This document shows, piece after piece, positions 51,216 to 64,000 of a stretch of DNA of 64,000 bases; positions within the stretch are counted from its first letter, which is position 1; each line of letters starts with the position of its first letter. Made by a program: the position numbers and the translations under genes. Where the stretch lies: the NCBI GenBank assembly GCA_043228905.1, contig JBHGNT010000011.1, positions 7,812,001 through 7,876,000 on the forward strand, in the 5' to 3' direction. The stretch comes from Azolla caroliniana. Taxonomy: Eukaryota > Plantae > Polypodiophyta. The notes beneath the pieces are model-generated. The model was not told where the DNA came from. It saw only the letters and a program-made list of their open reading frames with translations, and searched no databases.

Positions 51216-53503
51216 TCCACCCCCACCAAACCGCACGTCCTCCGGTATGTGCCAAGAAGAGAGAGTGTGAGCTACTGTGATCAATCAGATTCTTCCACGT
51301 CCTCATTCACATCCGTCCTATTTTCTTCATCGTCAAGGTGATCGAGGTCAGGATCCTCGTCTTGTCTTTTCTTGAAAATCTTTACTCTTTTCCCCACAAT
51401 GGGTACGGCCAACCTTGATCTGTCTAGCTCCGCAAGGTGGTATCTGGCATTATCGTTGGCACTTGTCACCACATACGGTCCAAACCATCTTCTTGCGAAC
51501 TTTCTTGTTGTACTGTGTTGATTGTCAAGGCTGTTGTTGTAGACCAATAATACCCAATCTCCTTCTTTGATCTTCTTGGGACACAGTCGATGCGTCTTGT
51601 CGAACCAAATTTTGTCCTTCACTCCGGCTGCCTCCATCTTCTTTCGCGCTTTTTCTAGATCTTCAGGTCTTCTTTCAAGTTGCCTTATCCGTGCTGCTAA
51701 TAACTCTTCTCGGCTCATCTCGTTCTCCCATGGTATCGCTACCCATGAGGTGATCATCCTTTCGATGGGCATAACAAGCTTTTGTCCATACATAACCTCC
51801 GTTCGCGTATACCCTATCACTGAGTTGTGTGTCGTTCTGTCATCCCACAAGGCATAGGGCAATAGTCATGGCCAATTCCTGAATCAACCGTTGCATGCTC
51901 GTACGATGGTTTTGACGATAGGTCCATGCCCTCGTTTGATCTTCCCATTTGCTTCTAGATTGTAGGCAGTCGTGAGGGAGAGCTTCACGCCTAGTCGTTT
52001 GAAAAGCTCCGTTGCTTCATGTGCATCCAACTCCCCTCGGTCGGTGACTATCTTTCCCACACATCCGTATTGGTAGACAACCTCTTTGAGTAGAAATTTG
52101 CAAATAGCTGACGTCGTCTTATTTGTCAAGATCCGTCCTTCCACTTGATTTGTCAAGTCTTCTCTTGCTAGAGCTAAGTAATTCATTTGTCCCACTCCCA
52201 TTGGCATTGAGACCAGATCCACCATCCATTTGAAGTGTATGGTGAGCGGGTATGTTGGTTGTAGCTCATCACGATGACGTATATTCGAATGTACTTGGCA
52301 TGTGGACACGAAATGGAGTACATCTTTGTACATGCTTAGCCACCAATACTTCTCCTTCAACTTCTCGAACATCGCCCATGTTCCTCTATGACCTGCCCAG
52401 GCACTCTCGTGGAATTTCGTCATTAGCGTCACTTGCTCTTCTTTCTTCACCACCACTCGACGTGGTATTCCTGTCCTTCTTTTTGGGTGTCGCCAAAGCA
52501 ATCCTCCCTTCAAGAAGTATAGGTAAGCTTTCTTCCGGATTCGTAGGGCCTCCTCCTTCATCAACGAAACATTCGTCGTCATTGTTCTTAGGAATTTGCC
52601 GATTAGTAACCACTCCCCCTTCGTACTCGTCCTCGTTGAAGGTGTGGAGGGTTAGCGTGCCCTTGTCTTCTGCCGATAGTCGAGCCATCTTGAAGAAGTC
52701 GAGGGTGACGTCTTCATCTTCCGAAACCATGTCACCTTCATTCTCAAATCTTGCCCTCGACTGCATGTCAGCCATGGTGTTCTTCTTTCCTGCAATGTGG
52801 AAGATCTATGGGTTTAAAGATTTAATATAAGCAATCCGCCTTAGCATAGCTAGATTTGGTGTCGCACATCCTGAGATCATCCCGAGGATTGGGAGACAAA
52901 CTGTCTCAATTATCACTTCAGACCCGATTAGGTAGTCTATGTCCATATTCACTGCCAACACAATACCCCAAAGTTCCCGCTTGACTTGGGCGTATCCTCG
53001 TTGTCGTTCGCTGAGAACCTTTGCTCCGAACCGGATGGCATACCGCGCATTATCTTCTCCTTCTTGATTGATGACCCACCCGATTTTGGTTAGGCTCGTA
53101 TCTACAGTCACATAAATCGGCTTCCCTTCGGTATAGTTGGCCTTTCTTAGTGTTGGAGCTTCAAGAAGTAGTTTCTTCAATCTTCTCATCGCATTTGTAT
53201 GCTCGCTTCGCCATTCAAACTTCATTCTTTTCTTTAGTAGTTCATATAATGGCTCGGTGACATGAGCGTAGTGCGGAATCTAGATATGATAAAACGCGCA
53301 TGCTTCAAGAAACCTTCAAACCTCCGTTTGGTTTACGCATTCTTCTTTCATGTCCTGGATCATGTTCACTTTGGATGGCGAAGGCTTCCAGCTGTGTGCT
53401 CCACACAAGTGACCTGCCACCAAGATCTCTGGTTGCCTGAATGTGAATTTTTCTCCCGAAAATGTCAAATTCGCATCTTCGAGCGTTTGAAGCACCTTCT
53501 CGC
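50670..53503 (-). mobile_element. Degenerate Ty3/gypsy (TGTCGTG family) RT end, RNase H, integrase, PPT, foldback terminus
   Basis: RNase H (VTVDTS..IGWVINQ, YAQVKRELWG); integrase H..GH zinc finger, WMVDLV, IVTDRGE, WFGPY, acidic tail without chromodomain; PPT at 51216-51240. Confidence 0.88.
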
Positions 53504-56500
53504 TGTCACGAACAAGTATAATAGAGTAGAACGAAGATAAGACTGGAGAACAAGAGAGAGGAAAAGAACAAGAACTCAACTTATAGAATCCGTAACTTGT
53601 GTTGTTCACCTTGATTAGAATCAAGGTGCACATGAGTATTTATACAAGAGGGTAGGGCTATGTAAGCCAACTAGAAATAGAGTGCATGAGGATGCATACA
53701 AGCTAGAGAATGAGAATGCATATAAGCTAGGAACTTCCAATGTTCAATCTACAGTATATGAAGTTGAATTAAATATAAGGATGCATATGTAGCTTAAGTG
53801 GTAGGGTTTGCCCAATAGAGACCATGAGTGTTGAGCGGCAAGCTCAATCGGATCCGGATCGGAATCCGGAAGGATGAGCTGGATCGGTGAGCCAGTAAGC
53901 AAGTGAGCCGGTGAGCTGGGGAGCCGGTTAGTCGGATCCATCAATAACCAGAAGCCTAGTAGCAACCTGGACTACTAGGTAGTTAATGTCTTGTAGTTAG
54001 TGTCAGACGCTCGTGTGAGAATTGAAGTACATCGTACTTCTGTCAATCTGTATGAACTTGTATAAAAGTGTTCACTGAACACATGCGATGTACATAGTGT
54101 TACAAATTGAGTATTATTTTTTAATAGAGTTTCTGTGTGCTCTCTCTCACACTCTCTGTCTCTCCTGCGTACTGTGTATATCCTAAGCTCTCCATTAAAC
54201 CTGCGTTTCTGGGTTCTATTTTCTATTGCTTCCATACAACATATTCTTTTACATGGTATCAGAGCGCGAGGGTTGAGAACCTCTGCATCCAACATAGCTT
54301 GAAAAGAAAACCAACCAAGAAGAACAGGAAAAACAAAATGGATAGAGGCATGGCTAGCTCGCTTCCTACTGAGAAGCTCGACAGAAACAACTACACATCT
54401 TGGTCCTACAAGATTCACCAGTACCTGCTCGGCCACGGTTACTTGAGCTATGTTGATGGAGCAAATGACACAACACCCGAATCGACACACAGAGATTTCT
54501 CGGTTGGGAACAGTAGGCGAGCAGAGTACTGTACTGCTTCGCGTCTTGTGTGAGCGAACAGCTTTTGAGCTATATTCGGGCTGCGAAAATGCCAAAGGAT
54601 GCTTGGGGAAATCTAAAGAAGATTTTCGCCGCAAGCACCACAGCCAAGAAGCTTCAACTCCGACAGGAGCTGAGCAACTTATGACAATGCGACTTGTCGG
54701 TGGCTGATTACACCTCGAAGATCAAAGAGATATGCGACTCCTTAGCCTCTATCGATGTGAACGTCAAGGAAGCCGAGATGGTGTAGATCTGTCTTGGGGG
54801 ATTGGCGTCAAAGTTCGGAGCGTTCCGAACTGTTGTGTGTACACGAGAGAATATGCTGTCATTTTTCGACTTACAGTCGATGCTCCTTGTGGAGGAGAAC
54901 CACCCCGGTGTGTCAACAAGTGCACCCATTAACAACTGGATGTTGTACACGGAGGCGGATCAGCCCCGTGGGCGTGGTGGACGAGGTGGGTCGACTCGCA
55001 ATGGTAGCGGCCGGCAAGAGTAGGACTGAAGGCATAGAGAACATGCCGACAACAGTTCCAAACCCTCCACAAGCAGGAGGAATCAAGGCGGCGCCGGAGA
55101 CCGGCAAGCAAAGGCCGACATAAAATGCTGGTATTGTGGTAAAAAGGGCCACAGATAAAGGAGTGCTGGAAAAAGCACGCCAATTCGGACAGATCTGGAT
55201 CCAGCAAGGCCGGCAAAGAGAACCAGCAATACTCGCAATACGTAGAAGGATCGGGAGGATCCAAAACCGGAAAAGACGGTAAAGGGCTGGCCTTGGTGGT
55301 GAAACACGAGGCTAACTCGATGAAGAAGACCACTTCGTGTGCTTCATCGAGGAAGAGGGCCAGATTATTGCGCAAGGGCACAAAGACGGGAGGATGTTCA
55401 TCCTCGACACCAATGACATAGGCACTGCTTTGTTCGCCAAAGGACAGAAGATTGAATAAGATATTGATCTCTGGTACAAGCGGATCGGCCACGTCAATTA
55501 CCAAAGGCTTCAAGACCTACAAATGAAACAAGTTGTTTTCGGTTTGCCGAAGTTCAGTGGCCGGAAGGCCCAAATATGTGAAGCCTGTCAACTCGGGAAG
55601 CAATACCGGCTTCCATTCCCCACCGAATGAAAACGGAGTTGTAACAAGCTCGACCTTATTCATTCGGATGTATGGGGATTGGCACAGAACGTGAGTCTTG
55701 GCGGGAGTCTATATTTTGTGTCCTTCATCGACGACTACAGTCGGCATACATGGATCTACCTCATTGAGCGGAAGAGCGAAGTCTTTGAGTGTTTCCGGAA
55801 CCTGCAAAGCTTGGTTGAACGGGAAACAGAGAGGAAGATCAAGTGTCTACGGCGACCGATGGCGGAAAAGAATATTTTTTCGGCCAATTCAATAGTTATC
55901 TGCAACAAAAAGGAATTCGGAGAGAGTTCAGTTGTAGATACAAACCGGAGCAAAACGGTGTGGCTGAAAGGAAGAACTGGTCAAATGTTGACGCGGCAAG
56001 GGCCATGCCCCATTTCTACTGGGCAGAGGCGGTTTGGATAGCCGTCTACATCCAAAACTAGATCGGTGACAAGGTGTCCTCGCATGAGCTATATTTCGGC
56101 CGCAAGCCAAATTTGAGACACCTTCAGATATTCGGTAGCATTGCCTATGTGCATGTGTCGGATGAGAAGCGAAGGAAGTTGGATGCAAAGTCGGAGAAAT
56201 GTATCTTGGTTGGTTACTCGCATGAGCAAAAGGGATATAAATGCTATAACCCCGGACAAAGTAGGCCTGAGTTAGCCGGGATGTTGAGTTTGATGAGACG
56301 ACATCATGGTATGTCTTACCGGCTCCGACTTCCGACCCCGACCCGATACCAAAGGATGAGGCTAGTGAGCTTGAACCGGCCTAGATAGAAGATGAAGATC
56401 TCGACACTCTAGAAGAGAGTCCGATCTCATTTCGGTTAAGTGGACTGAATGAGCGACTGAGTTGGATGACCAGTCGGATGAGGAACCGACGAGTAGTGGA

Positions 56501-57666
56501 AACTCAACCGTGCTCTCCTCGTGCAAGGAACCGAGGAGACGGTTCACGCGCAAAGAGAAGGGGAAGAAGAAGATGCCGGCATACGAAACTGGCAATGTTG
56601 AGTCGGATCGGAGCGAATCCGACTCCGGAAAGGATGAAGGTGGATCTTCGAGAACGAAGTCCAAACCGGCCAAGAAGGGCCCCAAACTGGGTAACGATAG
56701 ATTACGCCGGTCTTCCCGCTAGAAGAACCCTGTTAAGCAGTACGGGTACAATGAGTACATGGTGCATCATTATGCGTAGATGACCAAGGTGGTGGAAGTG
56801 TGTGAGCCGGAGAGCTACGCAGAAGCGGCAAAGGACGCCAGTTGGCGTGCCGCTATGGAGGAAGAAATGCGGGCACTTGATGCCAACGACACATGGGACC
56901 TAATTGACCCTCCCCGACACTGTAAACCGATCGGATGTAAGTGGGTGTACAAGGTAAAGTACAATTCCGACGGTTCGGTTAACCGGTACAAGGCCCGGTT
57001 AGTGGCGAAGGGATACGCGTAGACCCACGGAATCGACTACGACGAGACCTTCGCTCCGGTTGCGAAGATGACGACAGTTCGTGTGGTGTTGGCGGTTGCT
57101 ATGGCAAGAGGGTGGCATCTTCACTAGATGGATGTGAAGAATGAATTTCTTCAAGGTGATCTTGAAGAAGAGGTCTTTATGACCCAACTCCCCGGTTTCC
57201 AGTCAGAGATGCACAAGTCGATGGTATGCCGGCTGAAGAAGTCACTTTATGGCTTGAAGCAAGCCCCCCGAGCTTGGAATGCGAAAATCACGCACCGGTT
57301 GCGTAAGATGGGGTTTACAACCTCCAAATCCGACTCTTCGTTGTCCATCTGGCAAGGTTTGGACGGTTCGGTTTGCATCTTGTTGTATGTTAATGATCTA
57401 GTCATCACCGGACACGGGCTCGATGAAATCAACCGAGTCAAGTCCGAGCTGTCGAATGCATTTGAGATGAAGGACCTGGGGGACCTTCACTATTTCCTTG
57501 GGATCGAGGTGATCCGAACCCCCGATGGTATACTACTCTCACAAAGACACTATAATCTATCTTAAATACTTTCTCACTAAAGCTAGTGCAAACTTTGAAT
57601 CCTTCCGGTCCAGGACCCCGGTGGTTCCGCCTCACGATCCGCACCTAGTGACGGATCTTCATGACA
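53504..57666 (-). mobile_element. LTR of a TGTC(A/G)TG-type element, split by a copia insertion (pieces 53504-53740 and ~57557-57666)
   Basis: Starts TGTCACG at 53504 and ends CTTCATGACA at 57666, followed by ACGG and resumption of the host copia gag. That the two pieces belong together is inferred. Confidence 0.55.
53741..57556 (+). mobile_element. 3'-truncated degenerate Ty1/copia (gag related to 28865-39675)
   Basis: LTR 53741-54253, PBS TGGTATCAGAGC 54254-54265, gag LPTEKLDRNNYTSWSYKIHQYL, integrase and RT motifs ending at LLSQRHY. Confidence 0.9.
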
Positions 57667-60600
57667 ACGGGAAGATGACCAGAACCGAGGAAGAGGACGG
57701 AATCGGGGTCCCCAAAACCGGGACAAATTGGGGATGAGGTCGAAGTCGAGGGGGAAGCCCCCTTGCTTTTATTGCGAAAAGCCGGGGTACTTCCAGAAGA
57801 ATTGCTGACATTTCCGGAAAGCCAAAGGGGGAACCAACATTCTAGAACCAAAGAAGATTTCGAAAAGGAGAGGAACGTTGGCGATCGCAACAAGTGAAGA
57901 ACTGTTGCTAATCACCGACGAGAGTGAGTTACATCTTGTAAGTGACGAGACGACATGGGTGGTTGACTCCGGAGCGTTGTTGCATCTGACCCTCAACTGG
58001 AAATGCTTCTCATCGTATAGAACTAGAGATCACGGTTCTGTCCAGATGGGAAATAAAGGTACATGTCGAATTGTCAGCATAGGAGACGTGTGGTTAACAA
58101 CGTCAACCAGGTGCAAGTTTCTTCTGAAGGACGTACGACATGTTCCGGAGGTTCTGTTGAACCTGATATCAGTCGGTCGGCTAGATGATGAAGGCTACAT
58201 GGGTAGCATCCGGAACGGAGTCATGAAGTTTTGCAAAGGGAGCTTGATCGTGGCCCGAGCCTGGAAGATCAATACATTGTACCTTATGCATGCCCGAATA
58301 TGCCTAGAAGAAGTGAACGTGGCATCCGAAATTGGCGGTGAGTTGTCGCATAAGAGGTTGTGTCACACGAGCCAGAAAGGGATGAGAAGGCTTGCTGAAG
58401 ATAACCTCATTTTGGAGGTGAAAGAGGTGCAGCTTGAGAAGTGGACCACTTGCTTGGCCGACAAGCAGAACCAAACCACTTTCTAGTTAAGACCCCCGAT
58501 GAGATGGAATGTACCATTGGAACTTGTGCATACTGATGTATGTCAAGTGGACATGAAGTCACATGCTGGATCACAATACTTCGTGACATTCATAGAAGAC
58601 CACAACCAGAAGCTGTGGGTCTCACTACTGAAGACGATGGATCAGGTACAATCCATCTTCAAGGAATTCCACGCGAGAGTGGAAAGAGAAACTGGCTGGA
58701 AGCTGAAGGTGGGTCGAGCGGACAACGGAGGAGAATACCAAGGGCAGTTTGAGGAGTATTGGCGATCGAAGGGAATCCGACTCGAATTCACCGTGCCAAA
58801 AACATCACAACTAAAAAGGTTGGCCAAGAGAATGAACTGGACTGTAATGGAGTGAGTCCAATGCATGCTTGCACATGCAAAGTTACCCAAGACGTTTTGG
58901 GCTGAGGTGCTAATGACAACGATGAAAGTGATAAACAGATCACCATCAGCGCCCTTGGAAGGAGACTCACCACAAAAAGTATGAACCGGTAAAGATGTGT
59001 CTTACCGGCATCTGAAGGTGTTCGGTTGTCTTGCTTATGTGCATGTTGCAAAGGACAAGAGAGAGAAATTGGATCCAAAGTCTCGGCCATGCATATTCCT
59101 TGGATACAACAATGATGAGTTCGGCTATCGAGTGTGGGATTTGGTCGACAAGAAGGTATTCTGGAGTCAAGACATAGTCTTTATGGAAGACAAGAACATT
59201 TCCAACTGGGATTCAGAGAAGAAGATGATGGACTCCAGGCCAACCAACAAAGATCTGTTGAAGAATGGATACAAGGACCCATCCGGCCGGAAGCCGGATG
59301 ACACTCAAAGAACTAGCTGGATTTAGACAAGAAACCGAACCAACCGAACAAAAAGAATTGGACATCAGAACCGGAAAAGACCCTGAATCGGAAAAGAATT
59401 CTTGACCCCGAACCAACCGAACCAACCGGAAAGAGGTTTCTCCGGAACAAGTGGGTGTACATGCTGAAACCGGGAGACGCCGGAAATCCACCAAGGTACA
59501 AAGCCCGCATTGTGGTGATGGGCTTCCAGCAAAAGAAAGGAGTGGAATTCGATGAGATCTTTGCCCCGGTAGTAAAGATGACATCCATCCGAACTGTGTT
59601 GAGCATAACGGCAAGCATAAACCTCAAGGTAGAGCAACTCGACGTCAAGACGATGTTTCTACACAGTGACCTCGAAGAAGTGATCTACATGCTATAGCAA
59701 GAAGGATTCGTCAAGAAAGGGAAGGAGCACTTGGTATGCTAGTTGAAGAAGAGGTTATATGAATTGAAGCAAGCTCCCCAGCAATGGTACCGGAAGTTCG
59801 ACTCCTTATGACCAACCAAGGATACCACAAGACGCAGGCCGACCCTTGCGTGTTCATGAAGAATTTCCACGGAGGCAACTTCTTGATACTCCTACTATTT
59901 GTGGACGACATGCTGATCATCGGATTAGATCGAACCAAAATCAGGAATCTAAAGAAGGCCTTGAACCGGACCTTCTCAATGAAAGATCTCGGTCTGGCGA
60001 GATAGAGATTGGGGATGCACATAGTCTGGAACTAGATGAAGACACTACTGTGGTTGTCACAAGAGAAGTACGTGATAAACATGCTTCAACGGTTCATCAT
60101 GTCGGATGCTAAGCCGGTTGGGTCAACACTCCTGGCAAATTGCAAGCTGTCCAGAAAGCAAAGCCTGAAGACAAAGGGCAGAGAAGTCGGAAATCATGAT
60201 GATACCATATGCCTTTACCGTCGGAAGCCTGATGTATGCAATGGTGTGTACTCGGTTGTATATCGGATATTTAGTCGAAGTGGTCAGCCGGTTTATGAGC
60301 AATCCGGGAAGAGAACACTGGACTGCGGTCAACTGGATACTCCGGTACTTAAAAGGCACCTTATATCATGTGCCTCCGATTCGGCTCAGGTAAACCCCTA
60401 TTAGAAGGCTTTATGGATTCGGATATGTCAGCTGATGCGAATACCAGCCGATCTACATCCAGATATATCATGACATATGCAGGGGGAGCCATATCATGGC
60501 AATCGAGGCTGCAAAAGTCCGTTGCATTGTCGACAATGGAAGTAGAGTATATGGCAACCGTGGAAGCCGGCAAAGAGGTAATCTAGATGAATGACTTCAT

Positions 60601-63430
60601 CAGAGAGCTAGGGATCCGATAGGAGGAATTCCGACTCTACTGCGACGATCAAAGTGCCATTCACCTCACAAAGAACGTGGCCTACCATTCCTCGACCAAG
60701 CACATCTAGCGTAGATACCACTACCACTGGCTCCGGGAGAGAGTAGAAGTTCAAAATTTTGCGTTGTTGAAGATCCACACGCAAGAGAACAGGTTGGACA
60801 TGCTGACCAAGATGTTGTCAGCCAACAAGCTGGGTGCATGTAGGAGATGGATCGGATTGACAAGACATCCCATGCCGGAGTGAAGGGGGAGTTTGTTGGG
60901 AATTCGGTCCCTCCAGATGGGATCCGGAAGGTATCCAGGTGAATCCGGTAGAAACCGGATCCAGGTACATATCTGTAAATATGTTTATGATGTGCTTGTC
61001 ATGGCTATATTTGTAAATAGTCCTAAAGTCATATAAATATAAATATTACTTAGGGCAACTACTGGTGTGTAGATATAGTTGTTGTAGTTGTTGTCATTAT
61101 TAGTGTTGTACAAAGACAGGGAGAGAGAGAGAGATCGTGAGATACAGAAAGCTTTTCTGTTGTAACCGCTGGTTGGCAAAGACATAGAGCTCAAGGTCAT
61201 TTGCCTTTGAGTCTGTCTTTGTATCCTCTCCTTATAGTGATAGTTGGAGTATGTGGGCTCCCATGGTTTTTTTTCTCTATTAGGGTTTTCCACGTAAACA
61301 TCGTGTGTCCTATCTGTTGTTTGTGTAAGTTTATTAATCTCCATTTCTATTTTGTTCTTCCATTGAGTTTAAGACTCCGTTGTTGCCGAGCGCATCCCGC
61401 ACAAACTTTGGCTCAAGGGATGACAATCGAGGATGAACTAAGAGCAATGTTGCTCATAAGTGGTCTCTCCCCTTTGTGGGAAACTTTCATCACAATTGTG
61501 TGCATGCTTCTACTGCCGCTATGAAGTACTCCAAAGTTATGAGTGCAATACTGATTAAAACAGCTCGGAGGAAGTCATTTGCAAAAGACTCGGCATATGA
61601 AGCTTATGTAGTACAAGGTTCGACCGACTGATCAAATAGTCGAGGAAGAAGTTCTTCCCGATAGCCAAACAATCAGCAAAGTTGGAGCAAGTTCCGGGAC
61701 AATCGAATCTACAACTATTGCAAGAAATCGGGCACATCAAAGCCGATTGCCATGCACTCAAAGGTAAGCACGATAAAGCTCTACGAGCTGATCAGAAGAG
61801 TGGCCTGCATGAGGTCAATTATGTCGGCTCTTCAGCCAAAGTACTGTCGACTGACCCGAACATACTATCCATTGAAAACCTAGTCGAATAAGAAGTTTTG
61901 CTTACGACTAATGAATCGAGCCCATGGCTCTTGGATTCGGGTGCGTCCCTACCATGTGACACCTCATAGATTCCAGTTTTGGCAATATTTGACCTGACAC
62001 TCCGACTCAGTACGAGTCAGAAACTCGTAGCATTGCGCTATAATTAGAATCGACATTGTAGAGCTCAATCTCCCAGGAGGCTTTACATTAGTACATCAGC
62101 TCTCAAGGCCATGTATCTCAATTAAACAACTTGACGAAGACGACATTCGTGCCAACTTCTCATTAGGAGGGTGGACACTCCACAAGGGTAACCCCTTACT
62201 TGCTCGAGGTCGGAAAGTAAATTTTCTGTACCCGCTATGTGTCACACTCAAAGAGGGTGAGTTGTTCCTGGTTGATATTCTTGTGTCATCATTATGTATG
62301 GCATGGATGACTCAGACACCTCAGCAAGGCCGACATCACGCATCTATTGAGAGCCGGACATATCCTCAAACTCTCTTTCTTGGATCACCAGTTCTACGAG
62401 CATTGTCAGTATGGCAAGCATGCCACAGCCTCACACCCGACGACATTCCCAAGAGAATCAAGTCCACTTGATTTAGTCCATTCGGACGTCTGTGGTTCGA
62501 TGCCACATCAATTCCTTGGTGGCGCCTCCTACTTCATCAGTTTCATTCACGACTTGACCAGGAAAGTGTGGGCATACCCGACAAGAACCAAAGATTGAGT
62601 GTTCTAGATCTTCTAGGAATGGCTCGCCATGGTAGAAAACCAGTCCGCTTGAAAGTTGAAATGCCGTCGAACTGAAAATGGGGGAGAGTTCAAGTCTGAA
62701 AAATTCTTCAAATTTTATTGACAACACGGCATTTGACGCGAATACACGACACCCTATAGTCTGGAGCCGAACAGAACTGTTGAGCGCATGAATCAGACAA
62801 TTCAAGAACAGATAGTATCCATTTGTCGGATAGCTTCTGGGCAAAGGCCCTACTTATGGCAATACACATAATTAACATGTCGCCGAGTTGGCCTCTAGGA
62901 CTTCAAGTACCTCAAGAACTATGGACCAACAGGAAGTTGTATTACGACAACCTGAGGATTTTCGGATGTGAGGCATACACCCTCATACCGAAAGATGACT
63001 GCCGCAAACTTGAACCAAGGTCCAGGAAATGAATTTTCCTAGGTTATGGACCAGACAACGAGTTCGGATATCGACTCTAGGACCCCGTGCACAAACAAAT
63101 CGTCTGAAGTTCAGACTTAGTGTTCAATGAGTTGACTATGCACAAGACGGTCGAAAGGCCTATTGAAGTCCGAAGGGTAACCTTCTTAGATGTACCAACC
63201 CTTCATTATGGCCCAACCCATAACACGAGGTCGGCTTCACAGGTAATTGAGTCCTCTCGAACCGACTCGGCAATGCCCGACTCAGCACAACCGAATGATT
63301 CAGCTTTGGACCATCAGACTTCGACACCCGATGCGACTAGTCCAGTCATACCTCAACGGTCTAAGAGACTATCGCAACCCCTCAAGAGGTATTCTCTTGG
63401 AATCTTCTTCATGGACACCGGCGAACTGAT

Positions 63431-64000
63431 GGTTGGAGTCTGTGGGCTCCCGTCGTTTTTCCCAACTAGGGTTTTCCATGTAACATCTTGTGTTTGTCTT
63501 ATTTCTATTTTCTATAAACCAGACTACCTCGCTCGGAGTACTGTTAGCCGATGAGGTACTAGCATTGTTATTGCTCGGATCTCTCACGGATAGCTGGGAG
63601 ACATTGGTTGTCACTCTGGGCAATGTCGAACCAGAGGGAGAGAACTTATCCTTGGAGAGAGTTAAGTCAAGTTTGCTAAACAAAGAAGCTCGGCGAAAGG
63701 ACCTTGAGTCTGGAACCGATCTGAAGGCATTGGTTACGAAAGACAATCATAATCGGGGAAGAGGCCGGAATCGGAAGCCCCAGAACCAGGACAAATCAGG
63801 GACGAGGTCGAAGTCAAGGGGGAGGCCCACCTGCTTTTATTGCAGAAAGAAGTGGCAGTTCTAGAAGAATTGCCCACACTTCCGGAAAGCCAAAAGGGGA
63901 GCTGACATTCCACAACTGAAGAAGATTTGGGAAAGGAGAAGAACGTCAGCAATTGCAACAAGTGAAGAAGATTTGTTGTTCATCACTGAGGAAAATAAGC
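63431..64000 (+). mobile_element. Copia LTR fragment fused to gag fragment (family of 44498-61403)
   Basis: 63431-63510 matches LTR 61240-61310; then LADEVLALLLLGSLTDSWETLVV...RPTCFYC. Confidence 0.8.

Larger units (their letters stand above)
44498..61403 (+). mobile_element. Full-length degenerate Ty1/copia (relative of the intact copia) split by nested insertions
   Basis: LTRs 44498-45035 and 60894-61403; TSD AAATT/AACTT; PBS TGGTATCGGAGC 45039-45050; gag pieces 45074-45501, 50491-50669 and 57671 onward; pol 57880-60880; PPT AAGGGGGAG. Confidence 0.9.
42470..63430 (+). mobile_element. Old Ty1/copia (LTR 42470-42799, gag 44099-44497 resuming at 61409, PR/INT to ~63430) hosting later insertions
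   Basis: Gag reads ...EYESLGSQI | AQGMTIEDELRAMLL across the 44498-61403 insertion; WLLDSGAS near 61925; LVHSDVCG integrase near 62470. Confidence 0.8.

Overview
Eukaryotic land-plant nuclear DNA, probably a non-seed plant such as a fern or lycophyte (inference from the retroelement types and repeat style). A TE-poor gene island (~16.5-28.8 kb) holds two intact intron-containing minus-strand genes: a mitochondrial alternative oxidase (4 exons, 354 aa, regulatory CysI replaced by Ser) and a UDP-rhamnose/UDP-galactose transporter (5 exons, 347 aa). The rest is nested LTR retrotransposon sequence. It includes one young intact Ty1/copia (30556-36104), many decayed copia and Ty3/gypsy copies, a LINE fragment, a MITE and tRNA-like heads. 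The most unusual signal is a gypsy-type group with TGTC(G/A)TG termini. Three members share a ~40-bp atypical PPT region although their LTRs are otherwise dissimilar, and they insert at CpG-centred sites with 4-bp duplications (ACGG/CCGT). One has a terminal repeat rebuilt as a 200-bp foldback around a captured copia RNase H fragment; another carries a tRNA-like Pol III promoter signature in its LTR. All alignments and counts were done by eye.
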